DNA from: Thermoproteus sp. CP80
Lineage (GTDB): Archaea > Thermoproteota > Thermoprotei > Thermoproteales > Thermoproteaceae
Length of the DNA: 32,000 nt
Assembly (NCBI RefSeq): GCF_002077075.2
Contig: NZ_LCWM02000015.1
Span: forward strand, 6,288 to 38,287
Reading direction: 5' to 3'
A program made the position numbers and the translations under genes. This document shows positions 1 through 6,285 of the stretch, in pieces (the stretch's first letter is position 1; each line of letters starts with the position of its first letter). A model generated the notes under the pieces. That model was not told the origin of the DNA, did not search any database, and saw nothing but the letters and a program-made list of their open reading frames with translations.

Positions 1-201
1 ACGGCTGCCGCAGGTATCCCGCGATATGCCCTGGCGCCCCGGGGGCCACGGAGCGCGGCGGGCTCCGCTTCGCCGAGCGCAGGCCCGCCGACATCTGTCT
101 TATCGGGCTGGACCGTATGAACGCGGAATCGGAGCAACGTGCCCGCGCGGCGTGTTTGGCTGCGGGGGCTGGCTCGTGATCTTCGTCGTTCGCCCGGCCG
201 C

Positions 202-1080
202 TCATGGCTGGGCGGCGCAGGCGTTGAGCCTCTTGACGAGGTCTGGGCCGTAGTACAACACGCCCGTCAAGACCTCGACGGCGTTTGCCAGCTTCATCGC
301 GGCCTTTGCCTGTCTGCAGCTCATGACGCCGCCTACGGCTATTATAGGCAAGTCCCCGCCGAGGTGCGCCCTGGCCTTTTCGAGCATCCTCATCATGGCT
401 GGGTAGAGCCAGAGGCCGCTTAGGCCGCCTCTGCCGACGCCTATACGGGGATCGGCGACCGGCAACGTATTGGTGATCACGAGGCCGTGTCCCCCTCTTC
501 TGGCCAGCTCGAGGTAGGCCCTGAGCTCCGACGTAGGGCCCGTCTTTATGAACAGCGGCTTTTTGGACTCGAGGAGAGGCGCGGCCTTATCCCACATGCC
601 TTTATACGTGGGGCTGGAGAGGTTGACCTCGATGGCCCTCACGTTGCTGCCGTACCTCTCAATATAGCGTATCTGCTCGAGAATCTCCCCTGCCGTGAAG
701 CCCGCGACGCTGACAAAGAGGGGGTACTCCACCTTCGATATTCTGGAGAGCACCACGGGCAGGCCCGGGCTGGGCAGGCCCATGGCGTTGACCAGAGAGC
801 GGGGCCTCAGCCTCGCCGTCAGCGGGGGCCTGTTGCCCCTCCTGGGCCGCGCGGTGGTGGAGCCCACCACGATGAAGCCCGGGCAGAAGGCCGACAGCGC
901 CCTGGTGTAGAGGCCGTCCTTGTCGAGCCCCGCGGCTATCCCCACGGGGCCGTTCGTCTCGACCGGGCCCACGCGCCACCTGACGCCCGGCCTGCAGGGA
1001 GGTAGAGGCAACGAGAAGAGCGCTCTGCCCAGCCTCCTGGTCACCTCGGACGGTATCAACTCCGTCAGGCGGGCTAGCAC
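202..1080 (-). CDS. pyrD: dihydroorotate dehydrogenase (class 1 PyrD)
   Basis: ORF 202..1221 has DHODH-type motifs (GIAAGLDKDG, VGSTT, NLSSP, ITNT, GGLSG, AVGGV). The first ~47 codons of the ORF overlap pyrE in another frame. I therefore place the start at the GTG at 1080 (VLARLTE...), which overlaps the pyrE stop by 7 nt. Confidence 0.85.
   Translation of the reverse strand: MLARLTELIPSEVTRRLGRALFSLPLPPCRPGVRWRVGPVETNGPVGIAAGLDKDGLYTRALSAFCPGFIVVGSTTARPRRGNRPPLTARLRPRSLVNAMGLPSPGLPVVLSRISKVEYPLFVSVAGFTAGEILEQIRYIERYGSNVRAIEVNLSSPTYKGMWDKAAPLLESKKPLFIKTGPTSELRAYLELARRGGHGLVITNTLPVADPRIGVGRGGLSGLWLYPAMMRMLEKARAHLGGDLPIIAVGGVMSCRQAKAAMKLANAVEVLTGVLYYGPDLVKRLNACAAQP
341..419 (-). repeat. pyrD-internal segment that is duplicated (inverted) at 4205-4283
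   Basis: It matches the reverse complement of 4205-4283 at 78 of 79 positions (by-eye alignment, single mismatch at 414). It encodes ...LYPAMMRMLEKARAHLGGDLPI... of PyrD. Confidence 0.9.
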
Positions 1081-1655
1081 TTGAACTTCTCCAGATACTC
1101 GCGTACCTCGCGGTAGCGGGTCGGCCCTATGAGGTCTCTTATGTCCTCCAGGACCTCGCCCATCCTGTAGGCCGACCTGACCTGCGTCCCGGTCTCCCGC
1201 TCGACCCTCTGGGCGCCGCACTGCTGTCTGTCGAGGAACACGGCGGCCGCGACCACGTTGGCCCCGGCCTCCTTGAGCTTACCAACAGCATCCACGATCG
1301 ACTCGCCGGTGGTTATGACGTCGTCCACCACCACTACGCGCGCGCCTTGCCAGACGGCGCCCTCTATCTCCCTCCGGGAGCCATACCACTTCTTGCTCTC
1401 TCTGACGTACGCAATAGGGCGAAACATGTTGAAGCCCAGTATCGAGGCGTAGGGTATGCCGCCGGTGGCGACCCCCACTATCACGTCGAACTCGATATCC
1501 TTCAGGAGGTTGCTGTACTTGCCGATCACCCACCTCAGGAGGTCCGGATAGGCCAGAACCTGCCTCAAGTCGACGTAGTAGGGGCTGCGGCCGCCGCTCG
1601 ACAGCTGGAAATCCCCAAATTTAATTATCTCGCGCTTGACGAATTCATCCCACAC
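1074..1655 (-). CDS. pyrE: orotate phosphoribosyltransferase
   Basis: 193 aa with a PRPP-binding motif (VVVVDDVITTGES) and GVATGGIPYA. It is adjacent to and translationally coupled with pyrD. Confidence 0.9.
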   Translation of the reverse strand: MWDEFVKREIIKFGDFQLSSGGRSPYYVDLRQVLAYPDLLRWVIGKYSNLLKDIEFDVIVGVATGGIPYASILGFNMFRPIAYVRESKKWYGSRREIEGAVWQGARVVVVDDVITTGESIVDAVGKLKEAGANVVAAAVFLDRQQCGAQRVERETGTQVRSAYRMGEVLEDIRDLIGPTRYREVREYLEKFKC

Positions 1656-1694
1656 GTCGTCCTATGTAGAGGATGTTTAAAAACAATGCGCCGG

Positions 1695-3419
1695 TTAAAG
1701 CAGGTGGCCCGCCGTCGCCGTCCTCTTCCAGCCAGTCAGCGACACGCCTGTTATCTTCGTCCACATCTTGGGGTCGATTCTGAAGGACTGCTCTATCCTC
1801 TCCCTGTGGAAGTTGTTGTAGGTGCAGAACGGTACGACCCTCCCGTCGGGAGTGGCGTAGTGTATGTCGCAACGCTGTATCCTCTCCACGTCGAAGTTCA
1901 TGACGTCCATGAAGTGCATTATGCCGAGTCCCACTATGTTGAGGAAGAACTGGCCCAACGAGCCGTAGTCTTTCTTCACCAGGAAGTCCTGTATTAGGCC
2001 TTTGATCTTTCTGTGTTTGACCGTCCTCAGGAGCCTCATGGCCTTGGTCGCGGCCACGGCTTTCCAGACGGTCCTTCCCCTCTTGGCTGTCCTGTAGACG
2101 TCCCAGGCTATCCTCTCGAAGGCGTCGACGTCGACGAGCTTCGTGATGGGGTATATCTTCTTCTCATCGTCGTCGTAGTATATGAACGTCGCGGCGCCGC
2201 AGACGGGGTTCATGGAGAAGAGGGGCTTGGGGGAGTCCGTGAGCGCCTCGACCATCTTGGCGACCGCCACGGGCCAGTTGGTGGGCCTCCAGTCCCATCT
2301 GCTTATCAAGCCTCCCGTCTGCCTCTCTACCTCTATTATGGTGTCGGGTATGGTTATTCTGAACTTCCTCAGCTCCTCCTTGCTGTAAAGCCTGGCGCGG
2401 CCGGCGAAGGAAACAGGCTGTATATTGATCCAACGTATGACGTCTCTATTCTGTATGGCGAAGTCCAGGATCTTGCCGAGGTCCTTGTCGTTGTAGCCTC
2501 TGGCGAGGGTGACCACGGGCACTATCGACCGGTGGCCGAGCTGGCGGGCCACTTCTATCAGCTTGCGCCTAACTGCGGCGTATGCCTTGGGGTTGTAGAG
2601 GCGGTGTCTCACGACGCCTTCGTTGCCCGGGTCGATCGTGTCGAACTGCAGATAGAGCGTGGATATCCCGGCGTCCAGCAAGGCCTTGTAGAACTCGGGC
2701 TCGTTGGCCAGCCTTATGCCGTTTGTGTTGACCTCTATATGCGTGAAGCCCAGCTTCTTGGCCATCCTGACTATCTCGGGCAGATCGTCCCTCAGCGTCG
2801 GCTCGCCTCCCGACAGCTGCAGGGCGTTGGGCGGCCACGGCCTCTGCGCCCTCAATGTCCTCAGCATGTACTCTATCTGCTCCAGCGTCGGCTCGTAGAC
2901 GTAGCCCGCGGCGCCGGCGTTGGCGAAGCACACGGGGCACGCCATGTTGCATCTGTTGGTGACGTCTATGATGGCGAGCACGGTATCCGACTTGTGGACG
3001 GGGCAGAGGCCGCAGCCCATGGGGCAGGACCCCATCTCCGTATAGAACTGGAGGTCTGTGTATGGGTTGGCGAGGCCCTTGGCTATATACTCCGGCGTAT
3101 CCCACTGGAGGAAGTAGTAGTACATCTCGGCGTCGCCCCAGTACAGATCCTCGAACGCCCCGTGTTCGGGGCAGACCTTCTTCAGCCATATGGCGCCGTT
3201 CTCCTCGTAGACGGCCATGGGTATCCTTCTATTGCAGACCGGACATACTGACAGGGATGTCTTTACGACCCTCGTGTGTTCGGGCAGGGCGAACTGCCTC
3301 TTGACGGCGTTCTGCCAAGCTTCGTTCAATAGGGTGGTCTTGTATCTGGTGGATAGATTAAACCTGCTTAGGTCCACGAGCCTGGCGGGCCTTGCCAGCT
3401 CTAGAACCTGTTTGCTCAT
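1695..3419 (-). CDS. radical SAM enzyme with N-terminal Cys4/rubredoxin-like ribbon; possibly tetraether lipid synthase (Tes/GDGT-MAS family)
   Basis: 574 aa with the CX3CX2C radical SAM motif (NRCNMACPVCF) and SGGEPTLR. The N-terminal CPVC...CPEHG metal-binding ribbon and the size fit the COG1964/Tes-like architecture. The radical SAM call is firm. The Tes assignment comes from remembered architecture only. Confidence 0.75.
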   Translation of the reverse strand: MSKQVLELARPARLVDLSRFNLSTRYKTTLLNEAWQNAVKRQFALPEHTRVVKTSLSVCPVCNRRIPMAVYEENGAIWLKKVCPEHGAFEDLYWGDAEMYYYFLQWDTPEYIAKGLANPYTDLQFYTEMGSCPMGCGLCPVHKSDTVLAIIDVTNRCNMACPVCFANAGAAGYVYEPTLEQIEYMLRTLRAQRPWPPNALQLSGGEPTLRDDLPEIVRMAKKLGFTHIEVNTNGIRLANEPEFYKALLDAGISTLYLQFDTIDPGNEGVVRHRLYNPKAYAAVRRKLIEVARQLGHRSIVPVVTLARGYNDKDLGKILDFAIQNRDVIRWINIQPVSFAGRARLYSKEELRKFRITIPDTIIEVERQTGGLISRWDWRPTNWPVAVAKMVEALTDSPKPLFSMNPVCGAATFIYYDDDEKKIYPITKLVDVDAFERIAWDVYRTAKRGRTVWKAVAATKAMRLLRTVKHRKIKGLIQDFLVKKDYGSLGQFFLNIVGLGIMHFMDVMNFDVERIQRCDIHYATPDGRVVPFCTYNNFHRERIEQSFRIDPKMWTKITGVSLTGWKRTATAGHLL

Positions 3420-3473
3420 TGAGCCCGCCGGCCCCTCGGTTTAAAAATTTTTTAATGGTATTCCGTTAATTTC
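3420..3473. promoter_or_regulatory. shared bidirectional promoter (radical SAM gene / trmB-like gene)
   Basis: A 54-bp spacer holds one AT-rich tract (TTTAAAAATTTTTTAAT, about 3440-3456). The tract lies ~20-30 nt from both divergent start codons (ATG at 3419 on the minus strand, GTG at 3474 on the plus strand). Confidence 0.55.
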
Positions 3474-4187
3474 GTGAAGAAGTCCGTCCTCAAGGCCCTG
3501 GGGCTGGAGGAGAGGGACCTGGCCATCTACGCGCTTTTGGTAGAGCGGGGGGCGCTCACGGCGAGGGAGATCGCCGAGATGGTCGGCATACCCTATACTA
3601 AGATATATCAACGCCTAGATGCGCTCGAGGGGCAGGGCTTCTTGGAGCGGATCGAGGGGCGGCCCGCCAGATATGCCGCCCGGCCGCCCGCCGAGGTCTA
3701 CAAGGGCTTGGTCTCCTACGCCTCGACCGCCCTCAAGGCCTTGAAGGAGCAGCTGGACCTCCTGCAGACCCTCTACGAGAGCAGATATGGGAAGGCCTCC
3801 ACTACCTTCATAGCCCTTATAAGAGGCGACAAGGTGATGGAGCTCCTCGAGGAGGTGATCAAGGCGAGCGATTCGGCCGTCTACGTGGCGTTGCCCTATC
3901 CGGAGCTCGCAACGCCGCGGGTGATGGCCGCAATCGAGGAGGAGTCCAAGCGGATCGAGGTAAAGCTCCTCTTGGCCAAGAAGATCGCTAAATATGTCTA
4001 TTCGCCTCCGCGGGTCGACGCGAGAGCGCTGGAGGATATGTTCGGCGGAGGGGCTCTGGGGAATTCGGCTCTGCTGGTGGTGAGACATGGGGAGGGGCTC
4101 CTCGGCATACATAGCAATGAGCGCTACCTCCTCGACATAGCGAAGACCTATTTCAACTATCTATGGGACAGGGCTGAGCCGGTATAG
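3474..4187 (+). CDS. TrmB-family winged-helix transcriptional regulator
   Basis: 237 aa. The N-terminus (LGLEERDLAIYALLVERGALTAREIAEMVGIPYTKIYQRLDALEGQGFLERIEGRPARY) is a typical TrmB HTH, followed by a C-terminal TrmB-like domain. GTG start. Confidence 0.8.
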   Translation: MKKSVLKALGLEERDLAIYALLVERGALTAREIAEMVGIPYTKIYQRLDALEGQGFLERIEGRPARYAARPPAEVYKGLVSYASTALKALKEQLDLLQTLYESRYGKASTTFIALIRGDKVMELLEEVIKASDSAVYVALPYPELATPRVMAAIEEESKRIEVKLLLAKKIAKYVYSPPRVDARALEDMFGGGALGNSALLVVRHGEGLLGIHSNERYLLDIAKTYFNYLWDRAEPV

Positions 4188-4204
4188 CGTAGCCAGGAGG
4201 CCTT

Positions 4205-4283
4205 GCGGCGTCTGGCTCTACCCAGCCATGATGAGGATGCTCGAAAAGGCCAGGGCGCACCTCGGCGGGGACTTGCCTATAAT
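4205..4283 (+). pseudogene. orphan 79-bp fragment of pyrD (inverted duplicate of 341-419)
   Basis: Same match as above. The fragment starts 18 nt after the trmB-like stop. It explains the spurious ORFs 4228..4416(+) and 4153..4431(-), which carry PyrD-like or anti-PyrD peptides. Confidence 0.9.
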
Positions 4284-4306
4284 GTTCGAACACGCAATCC
4301 TTAGAC

Positions 4307-4400
4307 GGTGCGTCGATTCCACTTGCGCCCGCCGCCGTCCGGACGCCCGGCGCGTCGGTTCCAAATGTCCGATCGGCCGATTCGAAATGCCAATTTTTCG
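4307..4400 (+). repeat. GC-rich module copies upstream of tnpB (about 1.5 units plus a GGCCGAT tail)
   Basis: GGTGCGTCGATTCCACT (4307-4326) and GCCGCCGTCCGGACGCCCGGCGCGTCGGTTCCAAATG (4331-4367) are followed by TCCGATCGGCCGATTCGAAATGCCAATTTTT. Homologous to 5676-5726 (+), 5959-5991 (-), 6001-6033 (-) and 24615-24671 (+). Confidence 0.75.
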
Positions 4401-4406
4401 GCGTTT

Positions 4407-4460
4407 CCCTCCCTAATTTGAACCGGCTCACAAAGGTTTTTAGTTCAACATAAGGGAGGC
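4407..4460 (+). other. imperfect hairpin just upstream of tnpB (possible left-end structure)
   Basis: CCCTCCCTaatTTGAAC-(20 nt)-GTTCAAcataAGGGAGG. The arms are complementary: TTGAAC/GTTCAA, and CCCTCC(C)T/AGGGAGG with one unpaired C. The function is inferred only. Confidence 0.35.
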
Positions 4461-4473
4461 CGAGGGATGGGAT

Positions 4474-5649
4474 ATGGGAAAGTACAGAGCGTTGGTGTTG
4501 AAATATAATCTGCTACGGCTCCCGCCGGAGGTCGCCGAAAAGATCCCGGCGCTCCTCCGGGTACAAGAGGAGTTCAGAAAATGGGCGGCGGAATGGGCCA
4601 AAAGCGGGGGCTCTTTGCCCCCGCCGGAACGTCCGCTGAAATATTTCGCCGAAGAGTTTCTCCATGCGGGTAATGCGCTAGGGCTCAAAGGCTTAAAGAA
4701 AAACGGCATAGAGGTAAGGGGCGCAAGGCCCCCGCTGATCTTCGACGCCCAGTTGCGGTTAAGCAAAGAAAGAGATAAAAGTAGGGGCATCCTTGTCGAT
4801 ATACCGAGGAGGGGGGTGAGGATCAGGAAGTGGAATAACGGTAACACGATCACGCTTCCGCTTACAGATAAGGCTGTAGAGTTGATATTGGAGAGAACAA
4901 GGGAGGGTGGAAAGCTCGTGATGGCTGCCGTCTGGATCGGGAGAAGCAGGAGAAGTCGCGCCGTGAAGTTGTACGTAGCCCTCACGTTCAGGCGCGAGAT
5001 CGCACCGATGGAGGCCGAGAGGCTTCTCGTCGTCGACGTGAACGCCCTCCACAACGGCCTCGCGTGGGCCGTGGTGGAGGGGGAGAGGATAGTGGAAAAG
5101 GGAGTGTTGAAGCCCAACATATCCAAAATCCTACATCTACAGAAGGTGATCGCCAGGCTCGATAGTGTATGCGCCGAGAAGGACGAGAGGTGCGGCGAGG
5201 CCATGGCCGTGAAGAGCCGCATCTGGCGGCTCTTGCGCGAGTGGGAGGACGAGGCGGCGAAGAAAATCGTCGGCCTCGCCAGGCAGTACAAAGCCGCGGT
5301 TGTCGTCGATATGCCAAACGACGAGTCCATGAGAGAACTGAAAGAGGGCGGCTACGCCTCCGAGAAGAAAGTCTTTCTAAACTTCGGCCGTATAAGGAGG
5401 AGGCTCAGAGGCCTCGCGGAGTGGTACGGCGTGCCGTACCGCGAGGAGAGGCTGTATTCGACTGTTTGCCCCCGCTGTGGGAGAAAGATGGAGGAGTTGC
5501 CGAATAGGCGCGTGAAGTGTCAATGCGGCTTCGAGGCCCATAGGGATGAGGTGCCCATATACTGGGCTCAAAGGCGGTTTCCCGACCTGATAACCCCCTC
5601 TTTTTCTTCCTCCTCCGCCGTCCTACGCATTACGGCGCCGGCCGCCTAG
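4474..5649 (+). CDS. tnpB: TnpB (IS200/IS605-family OrfB, RNA-guided nuclease-like); no tnpA nearby
   Basis: 391 aa with a RuvC-I-like LLVVDVNALHNG. The C-terminal zinc ribbon CPRCGRKM...VKCQCGFEAHRD is followed by a RuvC-III-like HRD. The RuvC-II position reads VVVDM rather than the usual hhhEDL. The low-complexity tail (SFSSSSAVLRITAPAA) may be translation of an RNA-coding region. Confidence 0.85.
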   Translation: MGKYRALVLKYNLLRLPPEVAEKIPALLRVQEEFRKWAAEWAKSGGSLPPPERPLKYFAEEFLHAGNALGLKGLKKNGIEVRGARPPLIFDAQLRLSKERDKSRGILVDIPRRGVRIRKWNNGNTITLPLTDKAVELILERTREGGKLVMAAVWIGRSRRSRAVKLYVALTFRREIAPMEAERLLVVDVNALHNGLAWAVVEGERIVEKGVLKPNISKILHLQKVIARLDSVCAEKDERCGEAMAVKSRIWRLLREWEDEAAKKIVGLARQYKAAVVVDMPNDESMRELKEGGYASEKKVFLNFGRIRRRLRGLAEWYGVPYREERLYSTVCPRCGRKMEELPNRRVKCQCGFEAHRDEVPIYWAQRRFPDLITPSFSSSSAVLRITAPAA

Positions 5650-5675
5650 AGCCGCATGGGGGGCGTCCGGCGGAT

Positions 5676-5726
5676 CCGCCGTCCGGGCCGGCCCCTCCGC
5701 CGCCTTCACGGCGCGTCGGATCGGCC
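5676..5726 (+). repeat. GC-rich module copy immediately downstream of tnpB
   Basis: CCGCCGTCCGGGCCGG...CACGGCGCGTCGGATCGGCC. It shares GCCGTCC and CGGCGCGTCGG...ATCGGCC with 4331-4378 and lacks the TTCCAAATGTCCG segment. Confidence 0.6.
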
Positions 5727-5769
5727 GCACCTCCGCGGGCCCTGTCCGCCCTCGGCCACGCGTCTGAGC

Positions 5770-5856
5770 CATGCCGACAGGGAATACCTAGAGGGCGAAA
5801 CCAACAGGGGTGTACCCCCTGACAACCCCGCCTTCAGACTACTCCCTGTCGGCATG
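5770..5856 (+). ncRNA. 87-nt nested hairpin downstream of tnpB (candidate omega-RNA / right-end structure)
   Basis: Perfect 14-bp outer stem CATGCCGACAGGGA (5770-5783) / TCCCTGTCGGCATG (5843-5856). Inner 7-bp stem GAGGGCG (5791-5797) / CGCCTTC (5829-5835, one G-U pair). Apical GGGG-TGTA-CCCC (5807-5818). The strand and the RNA nature are inferred. Confidence 0.45.
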
Positions 5857-5949
5857 AGAATCCACCGAGGGGGCAGAATCGGGGTCGATTCGCGCCGACG
5901 AGGTGCCGCCCCGCCGGCCCTAAGCGGAACCGAGAAGGCGGAGGAGGAA

Positions 5950-6285
5950 GGCCGCGAGTGGAACCGACACGCCGAGAGAGGGGTCGGCGGCGAAGGCAAG
6001 TTGAACCGACGCGCCGATCCCCATGGACGGCGCGATAAATCGTTATATAGGGTAGCGCGTCTTCTCTCATGGAGAGGCGCCCCCGCGGGCCCGAGGGGCA
6101 GGGCCCGGGTCTGCCGTTTCGCCGCTTGGGTTGGGGCCGGAGAGCCCCGCCCAAACGCTTATGCGCGTAGAGGAGGAGGGGGCGCGCTCCCTACCCGGCC
6201 GGCGCCCCAGCCCGGGGGGCCTTGCGCCTCCCGGGCTCGAGAGCCCCCCTCGTCCGGCCGGAGTTGAAAGGGGGGCATCTGATGC
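5950..6285 (-). repeat. GC-rich structured element, copy B (homologous to 24421-24680 in reverse orientation)
   Basis: The reverse complement aligns colinearly with 24421-24680 through these blocks: CTCCGGCC, CCCGGGC(T/G)GGGG, GGGCTCTCCGGCCC, GCGGCGA, CTCTCCATG and GCGCCGTCCAT(G/A)G(G/A)GATCGGCG. It is dense in GC hairpins and has no credible ORF. Confidence 0.8.

Larger units (their letters stand above)
4400..5860 (+). mobile_element. tnpB-only IS1341-like element, boundaries uncertain
   Basis: tnpB plus an upstream hairpin (4407-4460) and a strong downstream nested hairpin (5770-5856). The ends could not be defined without other copies. The right end could extend as far as ~6285. Confidence 0.4.

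Noticed and set aside
1-201. A possible third, degenerate copy of the GC-rich element downstream of pyrD. The shared strings are GGGGCT...CTTCGTCGT and CTCATGG, compared with 24491-24510 and 24571-24580.
   Set aside because: Only two or three short strings match and their order is only loosely colinear. The window edge truncates the region. This is insufficient to call. ORFs 26..253 and 139..423 here are judged to be artefacts.
4355-4372. tRNA T-arm-like GGTTCCAAATG in the repeat module (also at 24640-24650).
   Set aside because: No flanking acceptor, D or anticodon stems could be drawn. The T-stem complement is missing and the motif is part of a dispersed repeat. This is not a tRNA or an obvious tRNA-derived att site.
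4307-6033. The repeated GC-rich modules as a CRISPR array.
   Set aside because: The copies occur in both orientations, are imperfect, have irregular spacing and enclose a 1.2-kb gene. No cas genes are present.
5656-6267. A 203-aa plus-strand ORF and the overlapping minus-strand ORFs (5706..5999, 5834..6154) in the region downstream of tnpB.
   Set aside because: The translations are Arg/Gly/Pro-rich low complexity, as expected from any frame of very GC-rich DNA. The ORFs run straight through repeat modules and hairpins, and the repeated peptide RRVGS simply mirrors the DNA repeat. No start context or promoter fits.
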